Shown here one piece after another: positions 1-8,751 of a stretch of DNA of 61,732 nt. The notes under the pieces were generated by a model that worked only from the letters and a program-made list of their open reading frames with translations, had not been told where the DNA came from and did no database searches. Positions within the stretch are counted from its first letter, which is position 1, and each line of letters starts with the position of its first letter. The position numbers were made by a program, and so were the translations under genes. Source of the DNA: a virus (lineage: Duplodnaviria > Heunggongvirae > Uroviricota > Caudoviricetes); the IMG/VR virus record IMGVR_UViG_2534682252_000039. The stretch is one strand, 5' to 3'.

Positions 1-189
1 ATGCCGGAAAATCGCAGGATTATTCTGGATAGTAAAGAATCCTGGTTAATAATCTGTGATAGTCAGTTGGGCCATTTAATGCGCAGTATGTATCAGGGAC
101 GCCGTTTTATTCAGCTGAATCTGGAAAAATTGAAAGGGGTACATGATGTCGCCTTGCCAGTGAAATGGGAATTCACACGAAGACAGTGA
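1..189 (+). CDS. Hypothetical protein, possibly 3' part of a gene starting before the window
   Basis: ORF track only; no recognisable motif. Confidence 0.2.
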   Translation: MPENRRIILDSKESWLIICDSQLGHLMRSMYQGRRFIQLNLEKLKGVHDVALPVKWEFTRRQ

Positions 190-305
190 ATAGCTTTCTG
201 TATACGGGAATGGCGAAAAATGGACTGTATGGTGTGAGTGTGAAACATCTTGCGTGTGCGGAGTGATGCTTCTCGTTGCTACAGCGGCAATGATAATGCA
301 GTGAA

Positions 306-336
306 AAAAGGGGAGCAATATGCTCCCCCAAACCGA
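306..336 (-). terminator. Hairpin GGGGAGC-N5-GCTCCCC with A6 on + strand (T-run on minus strand)
   Basis: Seen in sequence; function not established. Confidence 0.3.
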
Positions 337-405
337 AAGAAAATTGCAATAATCAATGAAGTTATTTAGTCATCATCAGAATGTCATGCAAGGCATTTTG
401 TTTCA

Positions 406-2109
406 GTGATGCCGATCGCGATTTTAGCGAATTCCATCATAAATCCCCTGATTTTTAAGCCTGAAGCAGTCAAAGGAATTTCTATGCCCTATATCGATAT
501 CACCACGATGCGTGGGATGATGCCGCGCGTTGTGACATCCATGCTGCCCGAGCATTCCGCTGTACTGGCGGAGGACTGCCATTTCCGGTTTGGTGTTATT
601 ACACCAGAACGTCAGATATCCGGGGTTGAGAAAACATTCACAATTAAGCCAAAAACAATTTTTCATTACCGTGACGATTTCTGGTTTGCATGGCCGGATG
701 TGGTGGATGTGATCCGCAGTCCGATCGCTCAGGACCCCCACGGGCGTATTTACTACACTGACGGGCGTTTTCCTAAAGTGACGGATGCGACTATTGCCAC
801 AAAAGGGGACGGGAATCACCCGACATCATCGTATCGTCTGGGGATCCCCGCGCCGACGACAGCTCCTGTCTGTACTGTTCAGCAGGGCGGTGATGTTTCT
901 GACGATAACCCGAATGATGATGAAACCCGGTTTTATACGGAAACCTTTGTCTCAGATTATGGTGAAGAAGGTCCGCCAGGTCCGGCGTCTCTGGAGGTAA
1001 CACTCCGTACTCCGGGAACTGCGGTACAACTGACGCTGGCTCCGGTGCCATTGCAGAATGCCAGTATTAAACGTCGCCGGATTTATCGCTCTGCATCAGG
1101 TGGAGGGGAGGCGGATTTTTTACTTGTGGCTGAACTGGATGCATCCGTGCTCAGTTACACGGACAAAATACCGGCGAAAAACCTTGGGCCTTCCCTGGCG
1201 ACATGGGATTACCTGCCGCCGCCAGAGAATATGACAGGCCTTTGCCTGATGGCTAACGGTATTGCCGCCGGGTTTGCCGGTAATGAAGTGATGTTTTCGG
1301 AAGCGTATCTGCCGTATGCATGGCCGGAAGTGAATCGTCACACGACGGCAGAAGATATTGTAGCTATCTGTCCGCTGGGAACGTCACTGGTGGTGGCGAC
1401 AAAGGGGGAGCCTTATTTGTTCAGTGGGGTATCACCGTCCACAATTTCTGGTTCCAAAATCCCTTCAATGCAGGCGTGTCTGAGCAGGCGGAGTATGGTT
1501 GCGATGGAGGGTTTTGTGCTGTATGCAGGAACAAATGGCCTGGTGTCTGTTGATGCAAACGGTAATGTCGCGCTGGCGACGGAACAGATTGTTTCACCGG
1601 AACAGTGGCAGAGTCAGTTTAATCCGGCCTCCATTGTGGCTTATCCCTGGCGTGGTGAATACATTGCCTGTTACACGAAACCGGATGGTAAGCAGGATGT
1701 GTTTGTATTCAGTCCGGTGAACATGGATATCCGTTATCTCAGTACACCGTTTGACTGCGCATGGGTTGATCTCGCGAAAGATATGATGCGCGTGGTGACA
1801 GGAGACAAAATGTCAGTGCTTGCCGGGGGGGCTCTGCCCTCCACGATAAGGTGGCATTCAAAAATTTTTTCATTACCTGAAAGAACCTCTTTTTCCTGTA
1901 TCAGGGTGAAATCTCCGGCGCCTGAGCGGGTGGGGATCACCATTATGGCTGATGATGTTCCTGTGATTCATTTTGCGCCGGGTACGTTTAAGGGAAGTGT
2001 GGTGAGACTTCCGGCAGCAACCGGGCAAAACTGGCAGGTGATGGTATCCGGATTCGGGCAGGTGGAACGAATAACCCTGAGTACATCAATGTCGGAGATG
2101 CCGGTATGA
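406..2109 (+). CDS. Phage tail / host-recognition protein, module 1 (likely start at ATG ~484 after AAGGA)
   Basis: Long ORF, 4-nt ATGA overlap with next tail ORF, position upstream of lom; family not identified. Confidence 0.5.
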   Translation: MMPIAILANSIINPLIFKPEAVKGISMPYIDITTMRGMMPRVVTSMLPEHSAVLAEDCHFRFGVITPERQISGVEKTFTIKPKTIFHYRDDFWFAWPDVVDVIRSPIAQDPHGRIYYTDGRFPKVTDATIATKGDGNHPTSSYRLGIPAPTTAPVCTVQQGGDVSDDNPNDDETRFYTETFVSDYGEEGPPGPASLEVTLRTPGTAVQLTLAPVPLQNASIKRRRIYRSASGGGEADFLLVAELDASVLSYTDKIPAKNLGPSLATWDYLPPPENMTGLCLMANGIAAGFAGNEVMFSEAYLPYAWPEVNRHTTAEDIVAICPLGTSLVVATKGEPYLFSGVSPSTISGSKIPSMQACLSRRSMVAMEGFVLYAGTNGLVSVDANGNVALATEQIVSPEQWQSQFNPASIVAYPWRGEYIACYTKPDGKQDVFVFSPVNMDIRYLSTPFDCAWVDLAKDMMRVVTGDKMSVLAGGALPSTIRWHSKIFSLPERTSFSCIRVKSPAPERVGITIMADDVPVIHFAPGTFKGSVVRLPAATGQNWQVMVSGFGQVERITLSTSMSEMPV

Positions 2110-3374
2110 CCAGAAAACCGTGGCGTGCGGGGAAGGATTTATCCACTGTTGTGGAGAATATGGAAATTGGCACCGGGCAGCGTGGTGACGGACGTCACGC
2201 ATTTGTGACCCGTGAGGAACTGGTTGGTCTTAAACTCGCCCGGCGTCGAACATCGGGTGGTGCCTCATATGCACTGAATCCGGGTATTGAGATTGACAGT
2301 ACTTTAATGACTGTTGATTTTCCCACAAAACCGCTGAATTTTAAGGCGACCGGTGGATTTGGCTCGGTTCTTCTTGAATGGGATATGCCTAATTATCGCG
2401 GACATTCACTGACTGAAATCTGGCGGGGTACGGAGGATGACCTTGCTGATGCAGTGCTGGTTGCCACGACGCCGGGGCAGGTTTACGGCGATCCGGTTGA
2501 CCCTGGCTGGTCGGGATTTTACTGGATACGTTTTGTTAACGCGGCAGGAGTGAAAGGTCCATGGAATGCTGAAAAAGGCACTCAGGCACAAACACAGATC
2601 GGCGTGAAGGCCATCATTGACCAGATCCGCGATGAGGCTGCAAAGTCGCCGGTTGTGTCCGAGCTGCGTAAAGAAATAAAAAACGCGCAGGGGCAGGCTG
2701 TAAAGGATGCTGCAATTAAGACAACCGAAGTTGTAGGGACTCTCAGGGAAGAAACGACAAGAACGATTGGTGGTATTGAAACCCGCATTAGCACACTGGA
2801 TTCGTCAACCAGTGAATCGCTTAATGAGGTCGACAAGCGCATCACTAAATTGGATAAAGAAGGCGGTGAAGCTTTTCTTGCAATGTGGTCAAAAAAAGCG
2901 GGAGTTGATGGTATCACTGCGGGGATCGGGATTGTCGCCGGAAAAGACAGTGAAGGCAGGCCTGTAAGTCAGGTTGCAATTTCTGCGTCGCAGTTGTTTG
3001 TCTTTGACCCGAATAATCCGGATAACACAGCCTATCCGTTTGCGGTATCAGGTGGCAAGGTAGTGATCCCGAAAGCGATGATTTATGACGCGGTGATTGA
3101 AACACTGGTGTCGCGGAAGGTTGTGGCGGATGAGGTAAAAGCCGGGGTAAGTATCACTTCGCCAGTTATCCGGAGTGCCGTTATTCAGAACGGAAACTTT
3201 CAGGTTGATTCTCAGGGTAACCTGAATATTGGAGGCCTTTTCAGTGTTACGTCACAAGGGCAACTGACAATTCGTTACTCTAATCAGAATGTAGGACTGG
3301 TGATCCGCAATGATAAAATTGAGGTTTATGACCAGAATGGACGACTGGCTGTTCGCATAGGCAGATTACGCTGA
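2106..3374 (+). CDS. Phage tail fibre / host-specificity-like protein, module 2
   Basis: Translationally coupled to upstream ORF; beta-rich C-terminus; sits where a J C-terminal domain or tail spike would be. Confidence 0.5.
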   Translation: MTRKPWRAGKDLSTVVENMEIGTGQRGDGRHAFVTREELVGLKLARRRTSGGASYALNPGIEIDSTLMTVDFPTKPLNFKATGGFGSVLLEWDMPNYRGHSLTEIWRGTEDDLADAVLVATTPGQVYGDPVDPGWSGFYWIRFVNAAGVKGPWNAEKGTQAQTQIGVKAIIDQIRDEAAKSPVVSELRKEIKNAQGQAVKDAAIKTTEVVGTLREETTRTIGGIETRISTLDSSTSESLNEVDKRITKLDKEGGEAFLAMWSKKAGVDGITAGIGIVAGKDSEGRPVSQVAISASQLFVFDPNNPDNTAYPFAVSGGKVVIPKAMIYDAVIETLVSRKVVADEVKAGVSITSPVIRSAVIQNGNFQVDSQGNLNIGGLFSVTSQGQLTIRYSNQNVGLVIRNDKIEVYDQNGRLAVRIGRLR

Positions 3375-3388
3375 TCAGGAGGTGAGTA

Positions 3389-3667
3389 TTGGAATACGGT
3401 TTTGCCATTTATAACAGAAATAACGTTAATGTTACGGGCGTGCTGACTCCAGTATTTTTCCTGGACAGATTTACAGCGGAGTCTGGCTCAAAGACGTACA
3501 CTAATAAACCCGACGGGAAATCATTGCAGGCTGTATGTTGTTTATTTCCCTGGAATAATGTATTTGCGGATCGGAAAGTACCGAAGATAACCATTAATGA
3601 CAATACGGTGACGTGGTCGAATCTTGAGCAGGGTATGGGATCTTATATTTATACATTCTGGGGATAA
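3389..3667 (+). CDS. Hypothetical protein with YG-x-x-I-Y-N repeat motif (low-GC moron)
   Basis: ORF track; motif MEYGFAIYN shared with next ORF. Confidence 0.35.
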   Translation: MEYGFAIYNRNNVNVTGVLTPVFFLDRFTAESGSKTYTNKPDGKSLQAVCCLFPWNNVFADRKVPKITINDNTVTWSNLEQGMGSYIYTFWG

Positions 3668-3672
3668 GTGTT

Positions 3673-4290
3673 ATGTACGGTTTGAGCATTATGAAGCCGG
3701 ATGGCAGCGTATGGATAAGTCCAGGTTTTACGCCGCAGTGTCTGATCAACAAAGGCACCATACCGGCGACTGAAAAGTCTTTTTTTAAAACATCAATCCC
3801 GTCAGGCAAAAGTTGTTTTTTCTTTATCAGAACAGAGAAGAAGGCCGATGTCATGTACACGCATGAACAGATTGATGGATATCATGCACTAAGGCTTCAT
3901 GTAATTGTCAGGGGAACGAACCCTGGTGTTACGACGGTTTATGCTTTCGCGAATATGGTTACTCCACCTTCTGAGTATGGTATCGCCATGTATAACCCGG
4001 ACGGTGAGATGATTTATCATGGCGAAATGATGCTGCTTGACGCGAAGTTAATACCTGTTGATATCAAATTTGAAAAGGACCTTGGATATCCATGCGCAAT
4101 CATGCCTGCACTGGTCGGGTATTATAACTGGAAAAGAACTCCTTATGATCGACCGATTTATACCACATCCACTGGTGCTACAGGAAATAAAATATATTCC
4201 TGTGAGCATTATTCCGGTGGTGCAACATGGGATATTCGAAAGCCGTATATAGATAAGGTCCTGGTTATTAATACATCAGTATATGATTAG
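3673..4290 (+). CDS. Hypothetical protein with YG-x-x-I/M-Y/K repeats
   Basis: MYGLSIMKPDG and EYGIAMYNPDGEMIY repeats; low GC. Confidence 0.4.
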   Translation: MYGLSIMKPDGSVWISPGFTPQCLINKGTIPATEKSFFKTSIPSGKSCFFFIRTEKKADVMYTHEQIDGYHALRLHVIVRGTNPGVTTVYAFANMVTPPSEYGIAMYNPDGEMIYHGEMMLLDAKLIPVDIKFEKDLGYPCAIMPALVGYYNWKRTPYDRPIYTTSTGATGNKIYSCEHYSGGATWDIRKPYIDKVLVINTSVYD

Positions 4291-4380
4291 TTGAAGCGAG
4301 TCTTTAATATTCATTTAAAATGTCTAAAAAGATGTATTATTAAAAAGTTTAGCGTGTTATCTGAATACAGGATATCTTAA

Positions 4381-5115
4381 ATGAAGAGTATAGCAACACT
4401 GGTTGTGTGTGCAATCTCCGGGATTGCCTGTGTAAATTTATCTGCACATGCAGCAGAAGGAGAGCATACAATTTCTCTGGGGTATGCGCACTTTCAGTTT
4501 CCGGGACTGAAGGATTTTGTAAAGGATGCGACTGCTCATAACAGGGAGACTTTCAGTCATTTCGTCAACAGAAACTACTTTTCTTCATTGGGCGAATATA
4601 CAGATGGTCGGGTCAGTGGATATGAAGGCAAGGATAAAAATCCACAGGGCATTAATATCAGGTATCGCTACGAGATAACGGATGATTTTGGCGTTATCAC
4701 CTCTTTTACATGGACGCGTTCTCTCACTAACTCACAGACATTTATTGATGTGCAGTCAGCCGATCATACCAGGAAGATTAAGAATCCGGCAGCTTCTGCC
4801 AGAACGGATATCAGGGCGAATTACTGGAGTCTGTTAGCGGGGCCTTCATGGCGGGTTAATCAGTACATGAGTTTATATGCGATGGCAGGGATGGGCGTTG
4901 CTAAAGTTAGCGCTGACCTGAAAATTAAGGACAATATTAACAGTAGTGGCGGATTTTCTGAAAGCAACAGCACGAAAAAAACCTCCCTTGCGTGGGCTGC
5001 AGGTGCACAGTTTAACCTGAATGAGAGTGTTACACTGGATGTGGCTTACGAAGGTTCCGGCTCTGGCGACTGGCGCACGAGTGGCGTTACTGCTGGCATT
5101 GGCCTGAAATTCTGA
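4381..5115 (+). CDS. lom: Ail/Lom-family outer membrane beta-barrel protein
   Basis: Signal peptide MKSIATLVVCAISGIACVNLSAHA, aromatic-rich beta-strand pattern, C-terminal GLKF; position after tail genes. Confidence 0.85.
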   Translation: MKSIATLVVCAISGIACVNLSAHAAEGEHTISLGYAHFQFPGLKDFVKDATAHNRETFSHFVNRNYFSSLGEYTDGRVSGYEGKDKNPQGINIRYRYEITDDFGVITSFTWTRSLTNSQTFIDVQSADHTRKIKNPAASARTDIRANYWSLLAGPSWRVNQYMSLYAMAGMGVAKVSADLKIKDNINSSGGFSESNSTKKTSLAWAAGAQFNLNESVTLDVAYEGSGSGDWRTSGVTAGIGLKF

Positions 5116-5137
5116 CCTGTATCCGGTAACCGTTTAC

Positions 5138-5165
5138 TACCCGCTGTGATGGCGGGTTTTTTATT
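5138..5165 (+). terminator. Rho-independent terminator after lom
   Basis: CCCGCtgtgatgGCGGG followed by TTTTTT. Confidence 0.6.
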
Positions 5166-5347
5166 GCCCGTACAGGGCAAAAACCGTAAATTATGCGTGG
5201 GTGCCTTTCGGCTGATGGCTGGAGGGTGAACCTGAAGGCCTGATGTGGAAAGGCCCCGAGTCAACTTAACGTTAACCCGAGGCCCTAACACTTCGTACCT
5301 TAAGCAAGTAGAAGGTTAGCGCCTCTCTGTAAAAGGAGTCAAGCGCT

Positions 5348-5488
5348 ATGTCGCAAAAATCGCTTATCACCGTCACAATTTGCATGACGGTTATCTTCAC
5401 CATCTGGATGTTGCACGGTTCACTGTGTGAGTTCCGGCTGAATTTGTGGGGAGCGGAGTTTGCGGCGTTCTTACAGTGTAAGCAGTAG
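5348..5488 (+). CDS. Hok/Gef-family type I toxin-like small membrane protein (46 aa), absent from the ORF track
   Basis: Hand translation MSQKSLITVTICMTVIFTIWMLHGSLCEFRLNLWGAEFAAFLQCKQ; AAGGAG RBS; resembles HokA as remembered (TWMIRDSLCE...ELAAFLACK). Confidence 0.5.
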   Translation: MSQKSLITVTICMTVIFTIWMLHGSLCEFRLNLWGAEFAAFLQCKQ

Positions 5489-5544
5489 GAAAACCGCGAC
5501 GGGGACGAGAGTCCCCGTCAACTGGTTGCTGAGGTTCAGCCGAT

Positions 5545-5946
5545 ATGGCACCCGTTTCAGGTGAGAGAATGAACGATAAAATTCTCTGGTATATGCAGCG
5601 TGTTGTGAGAAATTCCCGCAACCCTGAATTTATGAATGAAGTTAAAGACGCCTGCCTTAAAAAGCAGGCGTTTTGTTTTGAGGCACCTGATGGCTTTTTG
5701 GTGCTGCGTTCTGTGCTCAGTGCTGATGGTATCCCTTATGTTCTGGTGTTGCTGGGCGTGTGTACGGGGAGTAACAGCGTTGAGCGTTACCTGCCGGAGG
5801 TGAAGACATTAACCCATCTGGCTGGCGGACGCTGGGCTGAGTTCCATACGGCAAGGCGGGGATTTATCCGGCTGGGAAAACGACTGGGCTTTGAGCGAAT
5901 GCCGGATGATGAGGATGGCTTCATGGTGTTCAGGATAGCGGTCTGA
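5545..5946 (+). CDS. Hypothetical protein (start possibly internal at MNDKILWY)
   Basis: ORF track only. Confidence 0.35.
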   Translation: MAPVSGERMNDKILWYMQRVVRNSRNPEFMNEVKDACLKKQAFCFEAPDGFLVLRSVLSADGIPYVLVLLGVCTGSNSVERYLPEVKTLTHLAGGRWAEFHTARRGFIRLGKRLGFERMPDDEDGFMVFRIAV

Positions 5947-5998
5947 CTGCTACAGTTTTCATCATTGTGTTTAAACCAACATTGTAATTCACATTCTG

Positions 5999-6025
5999 AC
6001 CCTGCTCCGGCAGGGTTTTTTGTTA
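5999..6025 (+). terminator. Terminator-like hairpin immediately upstream of the giant-protein operon
   Basis: CCCTGCtccgGCAGGG followed by TTTTTTGTT. Confidence 0.5.
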
Positions 6026-6039
6026 TCCAGGGGGCCATT

Positions 6040-6696
6040 ATGGGTGGAAGTAAAGGCGGTGGTGATACCAAAGTAAAACCAACAGCAGCGCAAATAGCAC
6101 AGGAAGAAGTGGCCTGGAAAGGGTGGCAGGATTACAAAAATATCCTCCGCCCGGCTGAAGATAACTTCATGGAAAAGGTCGATGACCTGAACAGTGAGCA
6201 GCAGTACGACAATATTGCTGGCACCACAAATCTGGGGTATCAGAAACAGTTTGGCGAAGCACGGAAGGAGCTTGCGGGTAATCTTGCTCAGTCCGGCGTT
6301 GACCCATCCAGTGGTCGTTTTAATGCGGTAATGAATGCGAACCAGAGTGACCAGGTAACCGGGCAGATTGACACAACCACACGGGGGCAGGTATCGCAGG
6401 CAGATAAGTATGTTGCCGGGCTACAGGATGTTGCTGCTCTCGGTTCTGGTCAGAAGGCGGATGCGTTACAGAGTTTTAACTCTCTGGCAGACAGCAGTCT
6501 GGCAAAAGCTAAATCGGATGCACAGGCGGCGTTTACGAAACAGCAGGGGCGAGCCTCTCTTGTTGGCGCTGGTCTGGGTGCGGCAGGTGCATATGCGATG
6601 CATAAGGCTGGCGGTAGCGGAGGAAGTGGCGGTGCTAAAACACCTGGCACCGGCGCTAATGCCATTCAGCATCAGGCTCAGAACTGGAGACTGTAA
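6040..6696 (+). CDS. Operon gene 1: Gly/Ala-rich virion-associated-like protein
   Basis: ATG at 6040 after the hairpin (track start 5965 would span the terminator); C-terminal GAGLGAAGAYA...GGSGGSGG. Confidence 0.55.
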   Translation: MGGSKGGGDTKVKPTAAQIAQEEVAWKGWQDYKNILRPAEDNFMEKVDDLNSEQQYDNIAGTTNLGYQKQFGEARKELAGNLAQSGVDPSSGRFNAVMNANQSDQVTGQIDTTTRGQVSQADKYVAGLQDVAALGSGQKADALQSFNSLADSSLAKAKSDAQAAFTKQQGRASLVGAGLGAAGAYAMHKAGGSGGSGGAKTPGTGANAIQHQAQNWRL

Positions 6697-6698
6697 TT

Positions 6699-7145
6699 AT
6701 GGAGTATGGCAAATACGAAACTCTCGCAAGGGCTGGTTATTCAGGAGCAGACCGCCCACAGGGTGACTGGCAGACGTCAGCAGCGCTGACACGCCAACAA
6801 TACGACGACTGGCGAACCAGATATTTGCCCCGCGTGGCAAGGCTGGCTGACCTTGGGGAGAACAACAGTCTGATGAATGCACAGCTTGCACGGGTGGGAG
6901 GCCTTGCCACTTCCAGTCTCCGTACAGCGCAGATGGCGCAGGATAACCAGATGGCGAGATACGGGGTAAACCGCCCGGATAATCCCGACAGTAATACGCT
7001 GGGGTTACGTAATGCCCTGGCAATTGCTGGCGCGAAAAATGGTATCCGTGAAGCCGAACAGGATCGCCAGATGAATATTCTGACGGGGGCTTCTGCACCG
7101 GCAAGACAGAAACTGAGTGTTGGCGGCCAACTGGTGGCAGCGTAA
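6699..7145 (+). CDS. Operon gene 2: hypothetical protein
   Basis: Tightly packed, same strand. Confidence 0.5.
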   Translation: MEYGKYETLARAGYSGADRPQGDWQTSAALTRQQYDDWRTRYLPRVARLADLGENNSLMNAQLARVGGLATSSLRTAQMAQDNQMARYGVNRPDNPDSNTLGLRNALAIAGAKNGIREAEQDRQMNILTGASAPARQKLSVGGQLVAA

Positions 7146-7154
7146 GGGGGCAAT

Positions 7155-7406
7155 ATGGGATACGGTTTACTGGATATTGCAAATCAGTCGCGGCGTGAGG
7201 CATTACAGGGAATAAGTGACGCAGACAGACGACGTGAAGAAATTGAGGCTGCGAACAAACAGATGGCGGCGCAACAGAAAGCGCAGAACAAGCAGAATAT
7301 CGGTACGGGCATTGGTACGGGGGCGGCTATTGGCGCATCCGTTGGTGGTCCTGTTGGTGCTGTTGCTGGAGCAGTAATTGGCGGCATTGCTGGTTCTTTG
7401 TTTTAA
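7155..7406 (+). CDS. Operon gene 3: small membrane protein with C-terminal glycine zipper
   Basis: GTGIGTGAAIGASVGGPVGAVAGAVIGGIAGSLF. Confidence 0.55.
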   Translation: MGYGLLDIANQSRREALQGISDADRRREEIEAANKQMAAQQKAQNKQNIGTGIGTGAAIGASVGGPVGAVAGAVIGGIAGSLF

Positions 7407-7416
7407 GGAGTGGTGA

Positions 7417-8682
7417 ATGAGCGGATTTGCACAGGGGTTACTTGCCGGATTCAGCACCGTTGACCAGGCAATGACCCGTCGTAAGGAGCTTGGTCTGCGT
7501 GAAGCACAGCTTGCCCGGCAACAGAAAAATAACGAGCGCGATTTTGAGTTTGCGCAGTCTCAGTTTGAACATAATAAAAACGTTGATCAGCGGAACTTTG
7601 ATTACAGAGCCAAAGTTGACGACCGTAATTATGCACTGAAGGAGAGGGAGTTTAACGCTAACCAGAATTACCGGAATGCGTCACTGGGTATGGAGCAGCA
7701 GCGACTCCAGTTGCAGAAATACAACCAGCGACGGCTTGAGTATAACGATATGATTGCCCATAGCCAGCCACTAATGGAAGCGCTTGGAAAAGCAATTGAG
7801 GCTGGCGATCAGGAGGCTGCAACGCGTCTGTTCGGGCAGCTGCCAAAGGGACATCCATTAATTCTTATGTCAAACGAAGGCTATGCAGCGAAAGCGGGTC
7901 AGGCCGTGATCAACCTGCAAAAAATCTTTGGTGATAAGCCGGACATGGCGATCGATTCGCTGAATACCCCGGAAAATCTCGATGTGCTTTCCGGCGTGTT
8001 TGCCCCGGAACTACAACAGCGTATTGGCATGCCTGATTCAACCGGGGACAAAACGATAAAAGAGGCCAGGATTGGCAGTATCGTACCAGCGCAGCAGGAA
8101 GGGTACGTACTTATTGGCCTTGATCTCACATACAGCGATGGCTCCACCGCGCATAAACCTGTAACAGAATACGGCAGTGCGCACCCTGATGATCAAACCG
8201 TGCTGGCGATACCCGTTGATAAGGCTATCGCTCAGGTCAGGGATCGCAGCAAATTTGCAGAGATATCGAAAAATTATGGTTATTTTATGCCGAAGCAGCA
8301 GGGACTTTCTCTGAAAGAGCTTCAGAAGGGGGCCAGCAACGTAGCGGCGGACGCGATCAAGAATGGCGGTAATGCTCAGGCTGCGGTGGATGAATATTAT
8401 GCTGCGACTGGTTCACAACCGCATCAACAGAAAATTCAGCAACAAAAACTTCAGCAACAGGTTATCAACTGGGCGGGAGATGATCCTGATAAGCTGTCAT
8501 TTGCCAGAAATGTAGCGGCCCGTCAGCCTGAAATGCTGGAACCTCAGAATCAGAAATTGCTGGAGAACGGGTATGCGAATTTTCTCCGTATTCAAAAGGC
8601 CAGGGGGGAACAGGCCAGAGATGAAAGTGCTTCATCTGCATCTCAGTTTATCCGTGGACTGAAACAGAATTACGCCCAGTAA
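7417..8682 (+). CDS. Operon gene 4: coiled-coil, Q/N-rich protein
   Basis: ORF track; N-terminal hydrophobic GLLAGF then long charged helices. Confidence 0.55.
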   Translation: MSGFAQGLLAGFSTVDQAMTRRKELGLREAQLARQQKNNERDFEFAQSQFEHNKNVDQRNFDYRAKVDDRNYALKEREFNANQNYRNASLGMEQQRLQLQKYNQRRLEYNDMIAHSQPLMEALGKAIEAGDQEAATRLFGQLPKGHPLILMSNEGYAAKAGQAVINLQKIFGDKPDMAIDSLNTPENLDVLSGVFAPELQQRIGMPDSTGDKTIKEARIGSIVPAQQEGYVLIGLDLTYSDGSTAHKPVTEYGSAHPDDQTVLAIPVDKAIAQVRDRSKFAEISKNYGYFMPKQQGLSLKELQKGASNVAADAIKNGGNAQAAVDEYYAATGSQPHQQKIQQQKLQQQVINWAGDDPDKLSFARNVAARQPEMLEPQNQKLLENGYANFLRIQKARGEQARDESASSASQFIRGLKQNYAQ

Positions 8683-8715
8683 TTCACGATATTCCATTAA
8701 TACCATTTCCTGATG

Positions 8716-8740
8716 CCCGGCCATTGTGCCGGGTTTTTTT
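8716..8740 (+). terminator. Intra-operon hairpin with T7 run (possible attenuator) between gene 4 and the giant gene
   Basis: CCCGGCcattgtGCCGGG + TTTTTTT; overlaps the first in-frame ATG at 8713. Confidence 0.5.
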
Positions 8741-8751
8741 ATGGAGTCTGT

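Noticed and set aside
406-3374. Calling these two ORFs an intact lambda gpJ
   Set aside because: Together ~990 aa, split with separate starts, and the upstream 400 bp shows no J N-terminal coding; annotated generically as tail/host-recognition modules.
5965-6039. Track start 5965 for the first operon gene
   Set aside because: It would make the coding region span the terminator-like hairpin at ~5999-6025; ATG 6040 preferred.
8713-8751. First in-frame ATG (8713) as start of the giant gene
   Set aside because: It lies inside the hairpin/T-run; ATG at 8752 has a GGAG RBS and is preferred.
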